This document shows, in pieces, positions 36,918-47,278 of a stretch of DNA of 64,000 nucleotides. Both the position numbers and the translations under genes were made by a program. The DNA lies in IMG/VR virus record IMGVR_UViG_3300031718_000177, one strand, 5' to 3'. The stretch is from a virus (Duplodnaviria; Heunggongvirae; Uroviricota; Caudoviricetes). Under the pieces are notes generated by a model. The model saw only the letters and a list, made by a program, of their open reading frames with translations. It did no database searches and had not been told where the DNA came from. Position 1 is the stretch's first letter. Every line of letters begins with the position of its first letter.

Positions 36918-38861
36918 TTAATTTGCGATCCTTTCTTTAGCTTTAGCTGCGTGAGCTAAAAGGTTCTCTGCAACTGCTTCCCCGCTACCATATTCCTCGC
37001 CATCTTCATCGTCCAAAAGATAGTGATAACATCCGTCACTATAAACTCCCGCACATTTAGACACGGTAAAGACACCTTTTTCTTGGAGAGATAACGCCCC
37101 TTCATGTAAAGGAGATTTCATCATTAAGACCCGACTGCCCCTCATATACTTGGGCGGCTCAGTAGGCATACTTTTCATCTGCATCAAATATTTTTCTTCT
37201 ATTCTCTTCTTCGAAACCTCTCCATTTTCTTCACCTTTGTATGCCACAGTATACCAGGGTAAGTTTACAGCATCATAAAAATAATCAAGCACACAACCAA
37301 CTGGCACTACTATGTCTGCTGGAGTAGTCACGCTCCATATAGGGTTGTAAACGTAGCTACCTATCTTGAACTTAGGTTCGGACTTTACAAAAGTTTCAGG
37401 TCGGGACTTATGCTCATGTTCATCATCTATCGTTTCTTCGGCCCCCGGCTTACCTTTATTGACCCACTCGGCAAAATCTTCGTGTGATTTAGTTACTTCC
37501 TTTGGCTTCGTATCAGACAAAAGATATTCCGCAATACCAGTGTATACAGGACGATTGTTTACATTCACAAGATCATAATAAAAATCGCCATTTTCAACAT
37601 ATGATTTTGATACTTTTCCAAATCCCACTACTGGATATCGCTTAGAAGGAAGAATATAAACTCTCTCACCAACTTGGAACTTCATCCTTCTACCAGTAGT
37701 TAAATAATCCGTTAAATAATCCGCACTAAAAAGCCAATCTTCCGCAAATTGGGCTCCCTTAGAAAGCAATCGACCCTTAACATCCCTAACTTTATAGTAG
37801 TAATCTCCCTCTATGTCCCCACCGCCTATACCTATATATTCTCTTTCTGCCACTAGGCCAACATTAGATTCGTCTTTATCAAGTTGAGAAGCATGAACGC
37901 ATACTCTATCTCCGATCTTAAACTTGGGCTCCCCCATCAAGGTAAGATTATCTTCTCGGACGGAACTTGGGAGTAATCGGCCATCATCATCTTTAACTGT
38001 ATAATAATTCTTCCCATCATTATGATGTCCTTTTACAACTATTCCAAATTGGGATTCAGGATATCCTGCCGTTGGACTAACCATAACTCTATCGCCTACC
38101 TTAAACTTGAACTCATCTTCCGCTTCACTGGTAATAATGGATGGCCGAGGAATATGCACAAGTTCATGTAACTTAAAGTTTAAGCCACCAATAATATCAG
38201 AAAGCTCACTCGCATCACGAGTATGAGCAACAGCATTCACAAGGTTCGCGATACCTTGACTACGTTTTGCTTCTTCATATTTCCTATATGCTCCGGTCAA
38301 GTCCGAAAGAAGAAGATTGATATCATTTTCTGACCAAGTATTACATACCTGCATTACAAAACGACCAAGGGCAATCGTAACTGCTCGTCGTTTGTTGTAA
38401 TTCTCTTTGTAGAGACATCTTATTGTAAAAGTATAGGCTTTACCATGATGCTCGTAGGAATAGTCCTTCTTAGCTTCAACTGGATTCTCTTTGTAAGTTT
38501 GAGGAACAGTTAGAATAACTTGAAACTTGCCACCCTTAGGCAGAATACCATTAGGGTTCATCGCCGATAGGTTTCGATAATCCTTGCGACGATTATGCCG
38601 AACTGAGACGCCCCAACCACTCATAAAGAGAGTATCAAGGTTGAGAACTTCGCGAATCCTCTCGCTATACTTGTAGTAATTAGCACTGCGAGCGTTCTGC
38701 CAAAGCGAATTATCCCGCCTCAACGATTTAAGCGTATGTTTCGCTAGTTCAATACGTCCGCGTTCATATGGGCTACAATTCGTTGGGTCTTGTTCAGCCA
38801 ATTCACGCAACGTTGTCAAAGTTTCAACGCTATTTGTCATCGTTCTTTTCCTTCGGTTCAT
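36918..38861 (-). CDS. large protein with four (F/K)K(V/I)GDRV SH3/KOW-like repeats
   Basis: 647 aa; FKFKVGDRVMVSP, PKFKIGDRVCVHAS, MKFQVGERVYILPS, PKFKIGSYVYNP. Confidence 0.6.
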   Translation of the reverse strand: MNRRKRTMTNSVETLTTLRELAEQDPTNCSPYERGRIELAKHTLKSLRRDNSLWQNARSANYYKYSERIREVLNLDTLFMSGWGVSVRHNRRKDYRNLSAMNPNGILPKGGKFQVILTVPQTYKENPVEAKKDYSYEHHGKAYTFTIRCLYKENYNKRRAVTIALGRFVMQVCNTWSENDINLLLSDLTGAYRKYEEAKRSQGIANLVNAVAHTRDASELSDIIGGLNFKLHELVHIPRPSIITSEAEDEFKFKVGDRVMVSPTAGYPESQFGIVVKGHHNDGKNYYTVKDDDGRLLPSSVREDNLTLMGEPKFKIGDRVCVHASQLDKDESNVGLVAEREYIGIGGGDIEGDYYYKVRDVKGRLLSKGAQFAEDWLFSADYLTDYLTTGRRMKFQVGERVYILPSKRYPVVGFGKVSKSYVENGDFYYDLVNVNNRPVYTGIAEYLLSDTKPKEVTKSHEDFAEWVNKGKPGAEETIDDEHEHKSRPETFVKSEPKFKIGSYVYNPIWSVTTPADIVVPVGCVLDYFYDAVNLPWYTVAYKGEENGEVSKKRIEEKYLMQMKSMPTEPPKYMRGSRVLMMKSPLHEGALSLQEKGVFTVSKCAGVYSDGCYHYLLDDEDGEEYGSGEAVAENLLAHAAKAKERIAN

Positions 38862-39129
38862 TGTGATTTGGGTTTAACCAATAGTTGGTGTAAATGTCAA
38901 TAGCTGCCGCTACTACGATCGTTAGAACTCCGCCCACTATAACTTCTGTTGATTGAAGTACAGCACCGGCAGCAAGCATGATTGCCCCAATTAAGACAAT
39001 GATAACTGCCGCTCCAAACATCTTATCTTGATTAGTCATGTTAATCGTGAAAAGGGTTAGATAAGTCTGCATTTTCCTTGCAAGGGACGTGAATCGGTTC
39101 CACATACGCTTGCAGCATATCCTCATCAA
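38830..39129 (-). CDS. membrane protein
   Basis: 99 aa, 2 TM. Confidence 0.4.
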   Translation of the reverse strand: MMRICCKRMWNRFTSLARKMQTYLTLFTINMTNQDKMFGAAVIIVLIGAIMLAAGAVLQSTEVIVGGVLTIVVAAAIDIYTNYWLNPNHNEPKEKNDDK

Positions 39130-39310
39130 AATCGGGGAGCGAAACTGTCGCGGTCATACCGGAGCCAGGAGGATTGTTACTATGAGGGTTGGGACATTCC
39201 TCAACATCCAATTTTATTAAGATTGGAGGATACCCCTTGATAGCAATCTCAATATCACGAATATAGGGCAACTCAGTGACTACTTGGCGGCGACGTGTTT
39301 CTTTTGCCAT
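39041..39310 (-). CDS. hypothetical protein
   Basis: 89-aa ORF overlapping the previous one; one of the two is probably shorter than called. Confidence 0.3.
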   Translation of the reverse strand: MAKETRRRQVVTELPYIRDIEIAIKGYPPILIKLDVEECPNPHSNNPPGSGMTATVSLPDFDEDMLQAYVEPIHVPCKENADLSNPFHD

Positions 39311-39488
39311 TGCTCATTCTTCCGGTGCTTGATGGTTCTCGGGCCAACCTCTTAGAAGTACGGAAACATAGAAAAATGCAGTCTTAACCAGTAGGACAAG
39401 GACACTCACGATAATGAGGAAAAAGACGCCTTGACCCAGGGGTTCCCACTTAGAGATGATATCCCAAAAGTGTTCCATTGTTTAATCC

Positions 39489-40175
39489 TCAATCTTTTTC
39501 GATTCTGCGAAATGCTTCGGCCAGCATAGTGAACTTATCTAAGTGTGTTTCAATGTACAACCTGCTGGCACTGTGAAAATCGTGGTCGTTATCACCATAT
39601 CGTGCCAAAACTGAGTGGTCAAGCGTCTCAGTACAGTGATACAAATCGTGGCCTTGGAAATGGCCGAGGAACGTACAGTTTGGGCAGACGTGCTTAAATC
39701 TAGGCTGTTCTTTACTCATGTTTTTTCCTTCTGGGTCAATACTTTTTAACGCATCGTCCGTAGGATCAACTTGTAAACTATATATTAAATAAGACGTTAG
39801 ATTTTCAATATTCTCAAGATACATGTCGATAGCCGAATAGACATTACGTTCTACTTGCTTTAACTGTGCTTCAATGGTTCCTTTATACTTCTCCCACTTA
39901 TCCAACGCCTCGTCTGGCGTTTTATGACAAGGGGCCTTTACAAATGCTTCCTTTAACTTATACTTATTTGCTTCCCATCCCATACGGGTTAAATAATATG
40001 GGTAACTCTTTTTACTCCCCTTTGGTGCCGGTAACTTAGTTCCCGGTTCTAACTGACAAATCCAATTATCCGGTACTTCCTCCGATTCTATTGGAGTGAC
40101 TCTATGGGTGTTTATTTCCAGAGTCATGTTTCCATGACTAGCATAAAACAATATAGCGTCTTTAGGGAGTAGCAT
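39489..40175 (-). CDS. hypothetical protein
   Basis: 228-aa ORF. Confidence 0.5.
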   Translation of the reverse strand: MLLPKDAILFYASHGNMTLEINTHRVTPIESEEVPDNWICQLEPGTKLPAPKGSKKSYPYYLTRMGWEANKYKLKEAFVKAPCHKTPDEALDKWEKYKGTIEAQLKQVERNVYSAIDMYLENIENLTSYLIYSLQVDPTDDALKSIDPEGKNMSKEQPRFKHVCPNCTFLGHFQGHDLYHCTETLDHSVLARYGDNDHDFHSASRLYIETHLDKFTMLAEAFRRIEKD

Positions 40176-40176
40176 G

Positions 40177-40377
40177 TTATTCGTGTTGCAAAAAGTCCCA
40201 CATGCGACTTATCAATCCGGGTTTGGCACTAACTCTTTTTTTCTTTTGCTTCTTGATTTGCTTGGATCGCTTCTTCTCGAAGTTAAGCGAATCTTCCAAG
40301 TCAGGCGGAAAATCACTTAACTTGACTTTGCCGCTCTGCCAGCTTGGCTCGAAATCTGTGTATTTGCTTTCTTTCAT
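40177..40377 (-). CDS. small basic protein
   Basis: 66 aa. Confidence 0.35.
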   Translation of the reverse strand: MKESKYTDFEPSWQSGKVKLSDFPPDLEDSLNFEKKRSKQIKKQKKKRVSAKPGLISRMWDFLQHE

Positions 40378-40734
40378 TTAGTCATTCCCAATTCTTGCTT
40401 CACTCTCAATATAAGGAACTAATTGTTCTCTGCTGATGTGCGGCGTCACTGCTTTGTGTCGCATGGTTTGTAATTGCTGAAGTAAATCAGCTACGACCAA
40501 TTTGATGTGTGTTGGCTGTTTGTTAAATACTCTATGTGTATTGCCCAAAAGGTCTTTCAATGAATCCGCTTCCTCTTCGGTAAACTTCTTATCTGCCAAA
40601 GCGATATCAACCAGTCCCAGCATTTGAGCATGAAGTTCTTCGGAGAAATTAAGCATATCTCCCACTGGGTCTGCTTCCTTGATAAAATCATTCTGTCTGG
40701 CTTCTTCTAAGGCGTTAGCTACTCGGTTTGACAT
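40378..40734 (-). CDS. hypothetical protein
   Basis: 118 aa. Confidence 0.45.
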   Translation of the reverse strand: MSNRVANALEEARQNDFIKEADPVGDMLNFSEELHAQMLGLVDIALADKKFTEEEADSLKDLLGNTHRVFNKQPTHIKLVVADLLQQLQTMRHKAVTPHISREQLVPYIESEARIGND

Positions 40735-40978
40735 CTTTACCGTCTTTCTGTTTCTCGTTCAGGTAATCTTTGAGAGATTGAGTATAACCGCTTTTGCCAA
40801 TGAAGTTAAGTAAAATCCTTACCTGGTGACTGCGAGACCAACCGTTCTTAACGATGGCTTCACCGAAGACGACAGAAGCATCGAGAGAATCTTGTTTGGT
40901 CATCAATTTCTTTCTAAGTACAGCAAGAGCAAGGCTTGAAACGTCACCATAGACAACACGATACAGTAAGACACCCAT
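40715..40978 (-). CDS. hypothetical protein
   Basis: 87 aa. Confidence 0.4.
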   Translation of the reverse strand: MGVLLYRVVYGDVSSLALAVLRKKLMTKQDSLDASVVFGEAIVKNGWSRSHQVRILLNFIGKSGYTQSLKDYLNEKQKDGKDVKPSS

Positions 40979-41283
40979 TTTTTACAATATTCGTTGATGA
41001 TAATCATGGCTATTATTGCCAGTACAGTTCCCACTGCCTTAAACAATAGAAAACTGTGTACATCGTAATTTGATATAAACCAACGCCCTACTGGGTTTTG
41101 CTCAAAGTCCAATATAATACTACCAGTGCGAATTACTAGATAGCCATCATAAACAGAAACCCCTCCGATAAAAAGGAGGCATAAAAACAAACATACCCTA
41201 TTCACTACTCCATAAGATAGTGAAGTAAAAATGAAAATAATCCCATCCCCTCGACAAGGTAAACCGGCGGCACACCATTGCAC
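40903..41283 (-). CDS. membrane protein
   Basis: 126 aa multi-TM. Confidence 0.4.
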   Translation of the reverse strand: MQWCAAGLPCRGDGIIFIFTSLSYGVVNRVCLFLCLLFIGGVSVYDGYLVIRTGSIILDFEQNPVGRWFISNYDVHSFLLFKAVGTVLAIIAMIIINEYCKKWVSYCIVLSMVTFQALLLLYLERN

Positions 41284-41412
41284 CTTGAAGATAGGATTAT
41301 ATTCGTTTGGAAGCTAAGGCACGACCAGGATTTCGGAAGTTGCTTCCTACCTACTAGCAATTCGTTGCCTTGCGGGCAATAGGGTTGCCAGTATAACCCT
41401 ACCGGTGTTTCC

Positions 41413-41934
41413 TTATGGTTTAGGTGGAACAATAGCTGGGCCGTGGCTACCCGGCTTAACGGGCTCGCCTTGTTTACCGGAATGAGGCCCAGGAGTAGGT
41501 ACTGGTTTGCTTGTCATTGCCTTCTCCATTTCCTTCGTTTGTTCTAATGCTTTCAATCTTTTTAATGCTGCTTCTCGCGAATCTTCTTCGCCACTTGTTA
41601 TCGGTGGCAAAGGTATAGGTATAGGCGTTGGATGTGGAGTCGGATGAGGATGTGGTGGCTCAGGTCTCGGTGATGGTTCGGGTTCTTTTTCTGATATAGT
41701 TCCTACTGCATCGCATTCTAAACAACACAATAACTCGGGGTTAGTTTCAGCCAATCGAAGCATTTTTTTCAAGAGTTTCGCACTACCATATTCTCCGGTA
41801 ACTTCATCGGCAGCCAACGCGCCTGTTAGCTTTCCATCCTTTTTATGCCATACTTCACAAACAACACCAGCATCGTCATCGTCTAGGGTAGCAATCTTAC
41901 TTTCTTCACCACAGCTAGAGCAAATCCAAGTCAT
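41413..41934 (-). CDS. hypothetical protein with Pro-rich linker and N-terminal Cys cluster
   Basis: 173 aa; CSSCGEE…CCLECD; PEPSPRPEPPHPHPTPHPTPIPIPLPP linker. Confidence 0.5.
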   Translation of the reverse strand: MTWICSSCGEESKIATLDDDDAGVVCEVWHKKDGKLTGALAADEVTGEYGSAKLLKKMLRLAETNPELLCCLECDAVGTISEKEPEPSPRPEPPHPHPTPHPTPIPIPLPPITSGEEDSREAALKRLKALEQTKEMEKAMTSKPVPTPGPHSGKQGEPVKPGSHGPAIVPPKP

Positions 41935-42174
41935 GTATAACTCCTAAAACCACGATTTAAAAAAGCCCTTGAAGAAATTAGGATAACGCTGTGAAATCAC
42001 AGCCGCAACTAGAAAACCAACCATCAAACCAATGATGAACATCCACATGATTTACTTCTTTACATTAGGACAATCGGGTAATACGTCTTTCTTTTCTGTT
42101 ATATTGGGACATTTAGGAGCCAATTCTGCGTTTAGTGCTATATAATCTTTCCTCCGAACTCCAACCAAAGCAAT

Positions 42175-43582
42175 TCACAAATGAACTGCCCTTACCCCAT
42201 CGGATTGAGTAAGTAGAAACCAAAAGTCGTTTGTTCCATTAGTAAAACTCCGTAGTTCTACTAGCGAATCTCTGTTGAGAACTTTCTTCGGCCTCTTATT
42301 GAGTAGGTTCCATTGCGACCAACTATGCTTTGCTCTTTCTCCACTGCGGAGTAGCGAAGCAATTTTGGATGGCACCTTCTCATTATACCCTTGTCCTCTC
42401 CTGCCTACAACCTGCGCTGCACAAGAATGAACGCTCCTGCCAAGCGGGATAGCATACTTTAACTTCGCAATTACACTCGTATAAGCAGGATTAGTTTCTT
42501 TAACTAATACGCCGTTCTTGACCGCACAGGATTTTAAGTAAGTAATAAACTTCCTATAAGTAATCAAACTAACTTTTCTGTTTATTCGCTTGTTATAACC
42601 AAATTGTTTTTTACCTAAGTCAATATTTTCAATAACTATATTTGCTTTATTTTCTTTTGCCTGCTTTACAACTGCTCTAGCTATTTGTATTATCTTTTCT
42701 TTAACTTGATTACTTTTAAGTTCTGAATTATATTTGTAGTCAGTATAACTTTCAGGATTGCCATCTGCTTTTAACAGGCAGGTATTAAACATATTATAGT
42801 TTATATCTACGCCGACCGCTCTTAATTGACTTGGACACTCGTTATTAAACTTAAAACTTACTTGTACATACAGTTGCCGTTTTCTCTCTGGAATATCTGA
42901 TAAGTTAGCGGTTTTCCCTCACTAATTGCTTGAATTAAGTATTGATATATCTCTTTTTTATGTGTAAAATCAACATTAAGAATAAGTTTATTTTGCTCAA
43001 ATGAGTAAGGTAAAGTAAGTACTAATTTAGTTAAAGTTTGTAATTGGCAAAGTTGATTACCGAAACTCTCATCTTTACTGCCTACTAAATAGATAAAGTT
43101 ATTCCTTTTACGCCGCCACTCACTTAACCACTCCTTATGACTTTTATGTTGCCACTGCTTCTTATAGTATTGATACCCGCTCCAAGTCGCTTTTGCTATT
43201 CCTTTATTAAGTTTGGCGTTATTTAATCTTTGCTTTGTCCTGTTAAGTTTGTTATTAAGATGATAAATATTAAACTGGCTTTTACACTTCTTTAACTTTT
43301 GTTCTATTTCTGCTACTTTTGCTTCAATATACTTAACTTTATTTATATTAGCCGAAAGTATTGACTACCTTTAACATCTATATGGATAGCATTAAGTAAT
43401 CTTGCGTGGATATGATAATCTTTAAGTAATTGTTTCTTTAATTGAGAGGAATAAGTATTGTTATCAGTTAAGATATTAAACAATTTTCTTGATAAAGTTT
43501 GCTGTAAAGTGCCGTATTTGACAAGTAAATCCTGATTAGGATTGTAAATCTTTGACTCAACTGTTAAAACTATTGTTTTCAC
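42175..43582 (-). pseudogene. decayed IS200/IS605-family tnpB (three frame-shifted fragments)
   Basis: N-terminal fragment 43343..43582; C-terminal RuvC-like fragment 42175..42792 (IVIENIDL, NPAYTS, HSCAAQVVGRRG). The middle lies in a third frame with no start codon. Confidence 0.6.
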
Positions 43583-43637
43583 TGTTCTTTATTATAACAA
43601 TTTTGTCCTTAAAAGCAATAGGAATATTCTTAATTTT

Positions 43638-43859
43638 TCATTTTCTACTCCCCGCTATACAAATAAAACACTTCCTCGGTACTTTACGGGCAACACTTTC
43701 GTCTGCAAACTCTAAATCCACGGTGTCATCACCATTATCTTTGATAATCTTGGCTATTCTTTCTTCGCCCATTCTAAAACATTCAGTAAATGATATTACC
43801 GAACTATTCGGATTAGCGGATATCAACTTTAACTCCATCGCTTTTGTAAAACGAATCAT
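43638..43859 (-). CDS. hypothetical protein
   Basis: 73 aa. Confidence 0.35.
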   Translation of the reverse strand: MIRFTKAMELKLISANPNSSVISFTECFRMGEERIAKIIKDNGDDTVDLEFADESVARKVPRKCFICIAGSRK

Positions 43860-44440
43860 ACGAGTGGCTTCGGCATGAACCGTTTTAGGAAGTCCCGAAA
43901 CGGCGTGTCTGTTACGTAAGTTTGCAATCTTTCCTCGAAAGGGGGTGGCGATGGTATGCCCCTACCTCCTCCCCACCCATTGAGAGGAACTTTAGTATCT
44001 TTACCGCTTGAATACAAAAGTCCTTTCTCCCGGTCGTAGTCAGATTCTAAATTAGCTAAAATTGGTAACTTAGAATCTATCCCTGTGTTATACCCTAACC
44101 TGGGAGCAGTAGCACCTCTTGATGCTTTTTCAGAAGCACGAGCTTTCATACTATCGTTGAACGCTTTAGCTTCTTTAATCTCGTTCTGCCATTGTTCCAG
44201 TCCTTGATTTTCAGAAAAAACACCATTGGCAGCGTCATCAATTTGTAGGTCTACGCCACAACTTACATGCTCTGAAAGTAAACTTGGATATTTAGCACAT
44301 TGAATATTACTATCGTTAAGATATTTATTCAATATCTCTATGCTGGGAGCCTCTACCCACTTCATTAAATCAGAGTTTAATTTTAATGAAGCGGGAGCCA
44401 TGTCGAACCACCCATCCAAAAATAGCTCATAGACAGCCAT
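43856..44440 (-). CDS. hypothetical protein
   Basis: 194 aa. Confidence 0.5.
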   Translation of the reverse strand: MAVYELFLDGWFDMAPASLKLNSDLMKWVEAPSIEILNKYLNDSNIQCAKYPSLLSEHVSCGVDLQIDDAANGVFSENQGLEQWQNEIKEAKAFNDSMKARASEKASRGATAPRLGYNTGIDSKLPILANLESDYDREKGLLYSSGKDTKVPLNGWGGGRGIPSPPPFEERLQTYVTDTPFRDFLKRFMPKPLV

Positions 44441-44516
44441 CTTTTCCTCCGCTATCTATGGTAACAAAAGTTTCGGCAGTGCCAAGAGCATCTTTGATGT
44501 GTTCTTCGATAGCCAT

Positions 44517-44903
44517 TTAAAACCAACCAGCAAACGAACCAATCGCTCGGACCAAACAGTAAAGAAGAGGGACAACAAATAAAACTAAAACTACCAAAAT
44601 GAGCTTATCTGTAAGATCAAACTCATTTCCCCTTTGAGGTGGATGTAAGTCGTAATCGCCATGAAAATCAACACACCACTTTTGTTTGCGTCTCTTAAAA
44701 AGAACATTTAACGTCATAGTTCCGTTAGAAATCTTTGCCGAAGGATGACCATTCATCGGAAAACATAAGGATTGTATTACAAACTTATTTTGCCCTTGAA
44801 GTTTGATTGAAGATTCCAGTGAGGGTATATAAACGGCATCGCCTTTTTTGAGGCTTCTCGCCGGTCTTATAGGATTTAATTGATGAAGCACTAATTCGGT
44901 CAT
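44517..44903 (-). CDS. membrane-anchored protein
   Basis: 128 aa, C-terminal TM. Confidence 0.45.
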   Translation of the reverse strand: MTELVLHQLNPIRPARSLKKGDAVYIPSLESSIKLQGQNKFVIQSLCFPMNGHPSAKISNGTMTLNVLFKRRKQKWCVDFHGDYDLHPPQRGNEFDLTDKLILVVLVLFVVPLLYCLVRAIGSFAGWF

Positions 44904-45307
44904 TTAGCGTCTAATCTTTCAGTCCTACGCAATATGTTTAACATAGAATATAACAGCACTGGCTATGAGCAGTGTCGTAAAACATAAACCTATAAAGAAA
45001 TAAGTGCTACCCTCATCTGGTTCCATAACTTATATAGGGTTATTATAATAACAAACAAGGGGGCAGCTTTCGCTAAAACCCCCTTGCGGGAAGCTATTCG
45101 CCACCCTAGTCTTTGATTGGCTCAAAAACCGAAAACCACTACGTTTGGGTGATCCGCAGCGTATCAGCGATATAGTTATCCGCGAAACATCTGTTTGTCA
45201 GACGGATGTTAATGTAAGCAAGTTCCTCTGGGGACACCGTGAGGCACTAACCCCTTCGTAGCCAACTTACAATGCAGACAACAGCAACACCGCCAAGCTA
45301 AACGTTT

Positions 45308-45334
45308 AATGCCTGTTCCGGGCATTGGTTTTTA
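45308..45334 (+). terminator. rho-independent terminator-like hairpin
   Basis: AATGCCtgttccGGGCATTggttttt. Confidence 0.4.
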
Positions 45335-45627
45335 GAGTACCACAACTCGGATGACGTTACGACACATCAACACTCCATTCGCGAAATGCCGATGCAATCA
45401 GTTAAACGTCCCAAAACTTTAATCTTTAACCGAGTCGGTGTGATGGTCGCGGCTGTGCTTTTGCACGGACGAGAAGAATTGCCAGCCTGTGAGAAAAGCA
45501 GCGACCAAGCATGCGATCATGTACACCCACATTCGCCACCGTTATCCTCTGGATTTACAGTAACCGAAAGTGTCTTTACATAGTCCTTCGGCATATCTTT
45601 TTTAATTGTTTCGTTGACTTTCATTTT

Positions 45628-46236
45628 TTATTCCATATGCAAAGTGAAGTAGTACTTATTACTGTGCTCCCTAATCATATTATCGTGTTTAAGATGATTT
45701 AGGGTTTCGCGAATGTGACCGTCTTCTACCATGTTGTCGTATTTTTGTTTTACTCGCTTACATATTGTTTCGTATGAAACACCTGGATTATGCGTCAAAA
45801 AGTTACAAATAAAGTAGTTAAGAGAAATCCCTATTTCTTCAATTTCCTCATCAATTTCATCTTCCTTACAATCTAAGCACAATTTTAACTTACTTATATC
45901 CAATTGGAAGTTTTCGCAGCAACTACGGCATATCTGTATCGGCCCGCCACAACTATCACATTCTAGTCCCTGATAGCTACCATACTTTTTGTCAAAACAT
46001 ACGCGACACGGAATACCAATATCCTTAGCCCATAGTTCGCGGTTTAACGCTCGGTGTTCCTTAACAGTCCATTTCGCAGGTAAATCTAATGCGAACACAT
46101 AGTCATCGCGTTCTAGACCGGGAGGATCAACTTTATGGATAGATGGCTCTAGACCATGACTTCTGCATATCTCAATTGTACGACTATAAGCCCCGCAATT
46201 GCAATCAGGGCCGCACACGTCAAACTTTTTCCGCAT
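45628..46236 (-). CDS. Cys-rich (multi zinc-finger) protein beginning MRKKFD
   Basis: 202 aa; several CxxC pairs; shares a 45-nt 5' repeat with 46496..46711. Confidence 0.5.
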   Translation of the reverse strand: MRKKFDVCGPDCNCGAYSRTIEICRSHGLEPSIHKVDPPGLERDDYVFALDLPAKWTVKEHRALNRELWAKDIGIPCRVCFDKKYGSYQGLECDSCGGPIQICRSCCENFQLDISKLKLCLDCKEDEIDEEIEEIGISLNYFICNFLTHNPGVSYETICKRVKQKYDNMVEDGHIRETLNHLKHDNMIREHSNKYYFTLHME

Positions 46237-46283
46237 TTGCGCAGTATACCATATTTGGATTCAGAAATCAATGGTCGGAATGC

Positions 46284-46499
46284 CTACCTGATACCGAACA
46301 ACGCACGTTGTTGCCGAGATATCTCTTCGTTACGTTTTCGGTTACGTTCTCTTTGTTCCGCACGCCTATCAGCATCTCTAAGTGCTTCTGCCAATTCGTG
46401 TCCGCTTAACCCTTCATTTCTTAAACTGTTTATAAAATCTATCCTATCGGCAAGTGCCTCAAGTTGGCTAGCTTCTTCATCAGTAATTTCTCTGCTCAT
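46284..46499 (-). CDS. hypothetical protein
   Basis: 71 aa, charged helical. Confidence 0.4.
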   Translation of the reverse strand: MSREITDEEASQLEALADRIDFINSLRNEGLSGHELAEALRDADRRAEQRERNRKRNEEISRQQRALFGIR

Positions 46500-46711
46500 C
46501 GTTCAATCCTTCTTCTCGCGTTATCTGAATTGTAAAGATGCCATTGACGTTCTAGCCATTCTTTATACTTTTCATCTTCATAAACTTTATGTAGCGTATT
46601 ATATCGCCGTTCTGGGCTGGTAGCAATCAATTCATCCTCAAACTTAGCTAAATCATTGGCATTTGGTCTGGTCATTTTGTTTTTATCCGCACAGTCAAAC
46701 TTTTTCCGCAT
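46496..46711 (-). CDS. hypothetical protein beginning MRKKFD
   Basis: 71 aa; same 5' repeat as 45628..46236. Confidence 0.4.
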   Translation of the reverse strand: MRKKFDCADKNKMTRPNANDLAKFEDELIATSPERRYNTLHKVYEDEKYKEWLERQWHLYNSDNARRRIER

Positions 46712-47012
46712 TTGCGCAGTATACCATATTTATGTGGGGCTCGGAAGAGCGAATCTGGCCCAAGTCATCTGTTTTAATAAAAAAGCTATGTTTAGGTATA
46801 AGAGTATCCATACGGAATGCAGTGATGTATTCGCGAACCCATATGTTAACGCGATAACACGCTTCTTTTATCTTGGTAACGGATACTCTTTGTAAAGTAT
46901 CGGGGCGACCCAAGAGTTGTAATACCTGTGTTTTAACAAGGTCTTGGATTTCCTCCTCGGTTTTCTGAACTGGCACCGCGATAACCTCTGATGATAACTT
47001 TGGATTTTCCAT
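46695..47012 (-). CDS. hypothetical protein
   Basis: 105 aa. Confidence 0.4.
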   Translation of the reverse strand: MENPKLSSEVIAVPVQKTEEEIQDLVKTQVLQLLGRPDTLQRVSVTKIKEACYRVNIWVREYITAFRMDTLIPKHSFFIKTDDLGQIRSSEPHINMVYCANAEKV

Positions 47013-47278
47013 TTTATCCCTTTAAAAATCTAAAAGCTCACAGACAACCCAAAATAAACAAAAAAGTCCTACCAGAACTATAATGATAGGAAACAGCATA
47101 ACGATAAGCGGTAGTAACGCAACGAATAAGGCGATTAAAATTACTCCGACGATAAGACAGCTACAGCCGTCCTTCATTAAGTCACCAAGAGTAAAAGCAC
47201 AATCCCGCCAATGCCCAACAAAATAAAGAATACAACCACTCCGACAGTTGAGTTTTCGTCACGCAGTCCATTCATGGT

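Noticed and set aside
41205-41432. 75-aa minus-strand ORF overlapping the hairpin-rich 3' region and both neighbouring genes
   Set aside because: Spans a strongly structured GC-rich stretch and overlaps the flanking ORFs on both sides; likely spurious.
45050-45340. Possible tmRNA (GGGGG 5' start, tag-like reading frame ending in a stop)
   Set aside because: No 3' T-arm or CCA-paired acceptor. The putative tag (…NADNSNTAKLNV*) does not resemble known tag peptides.
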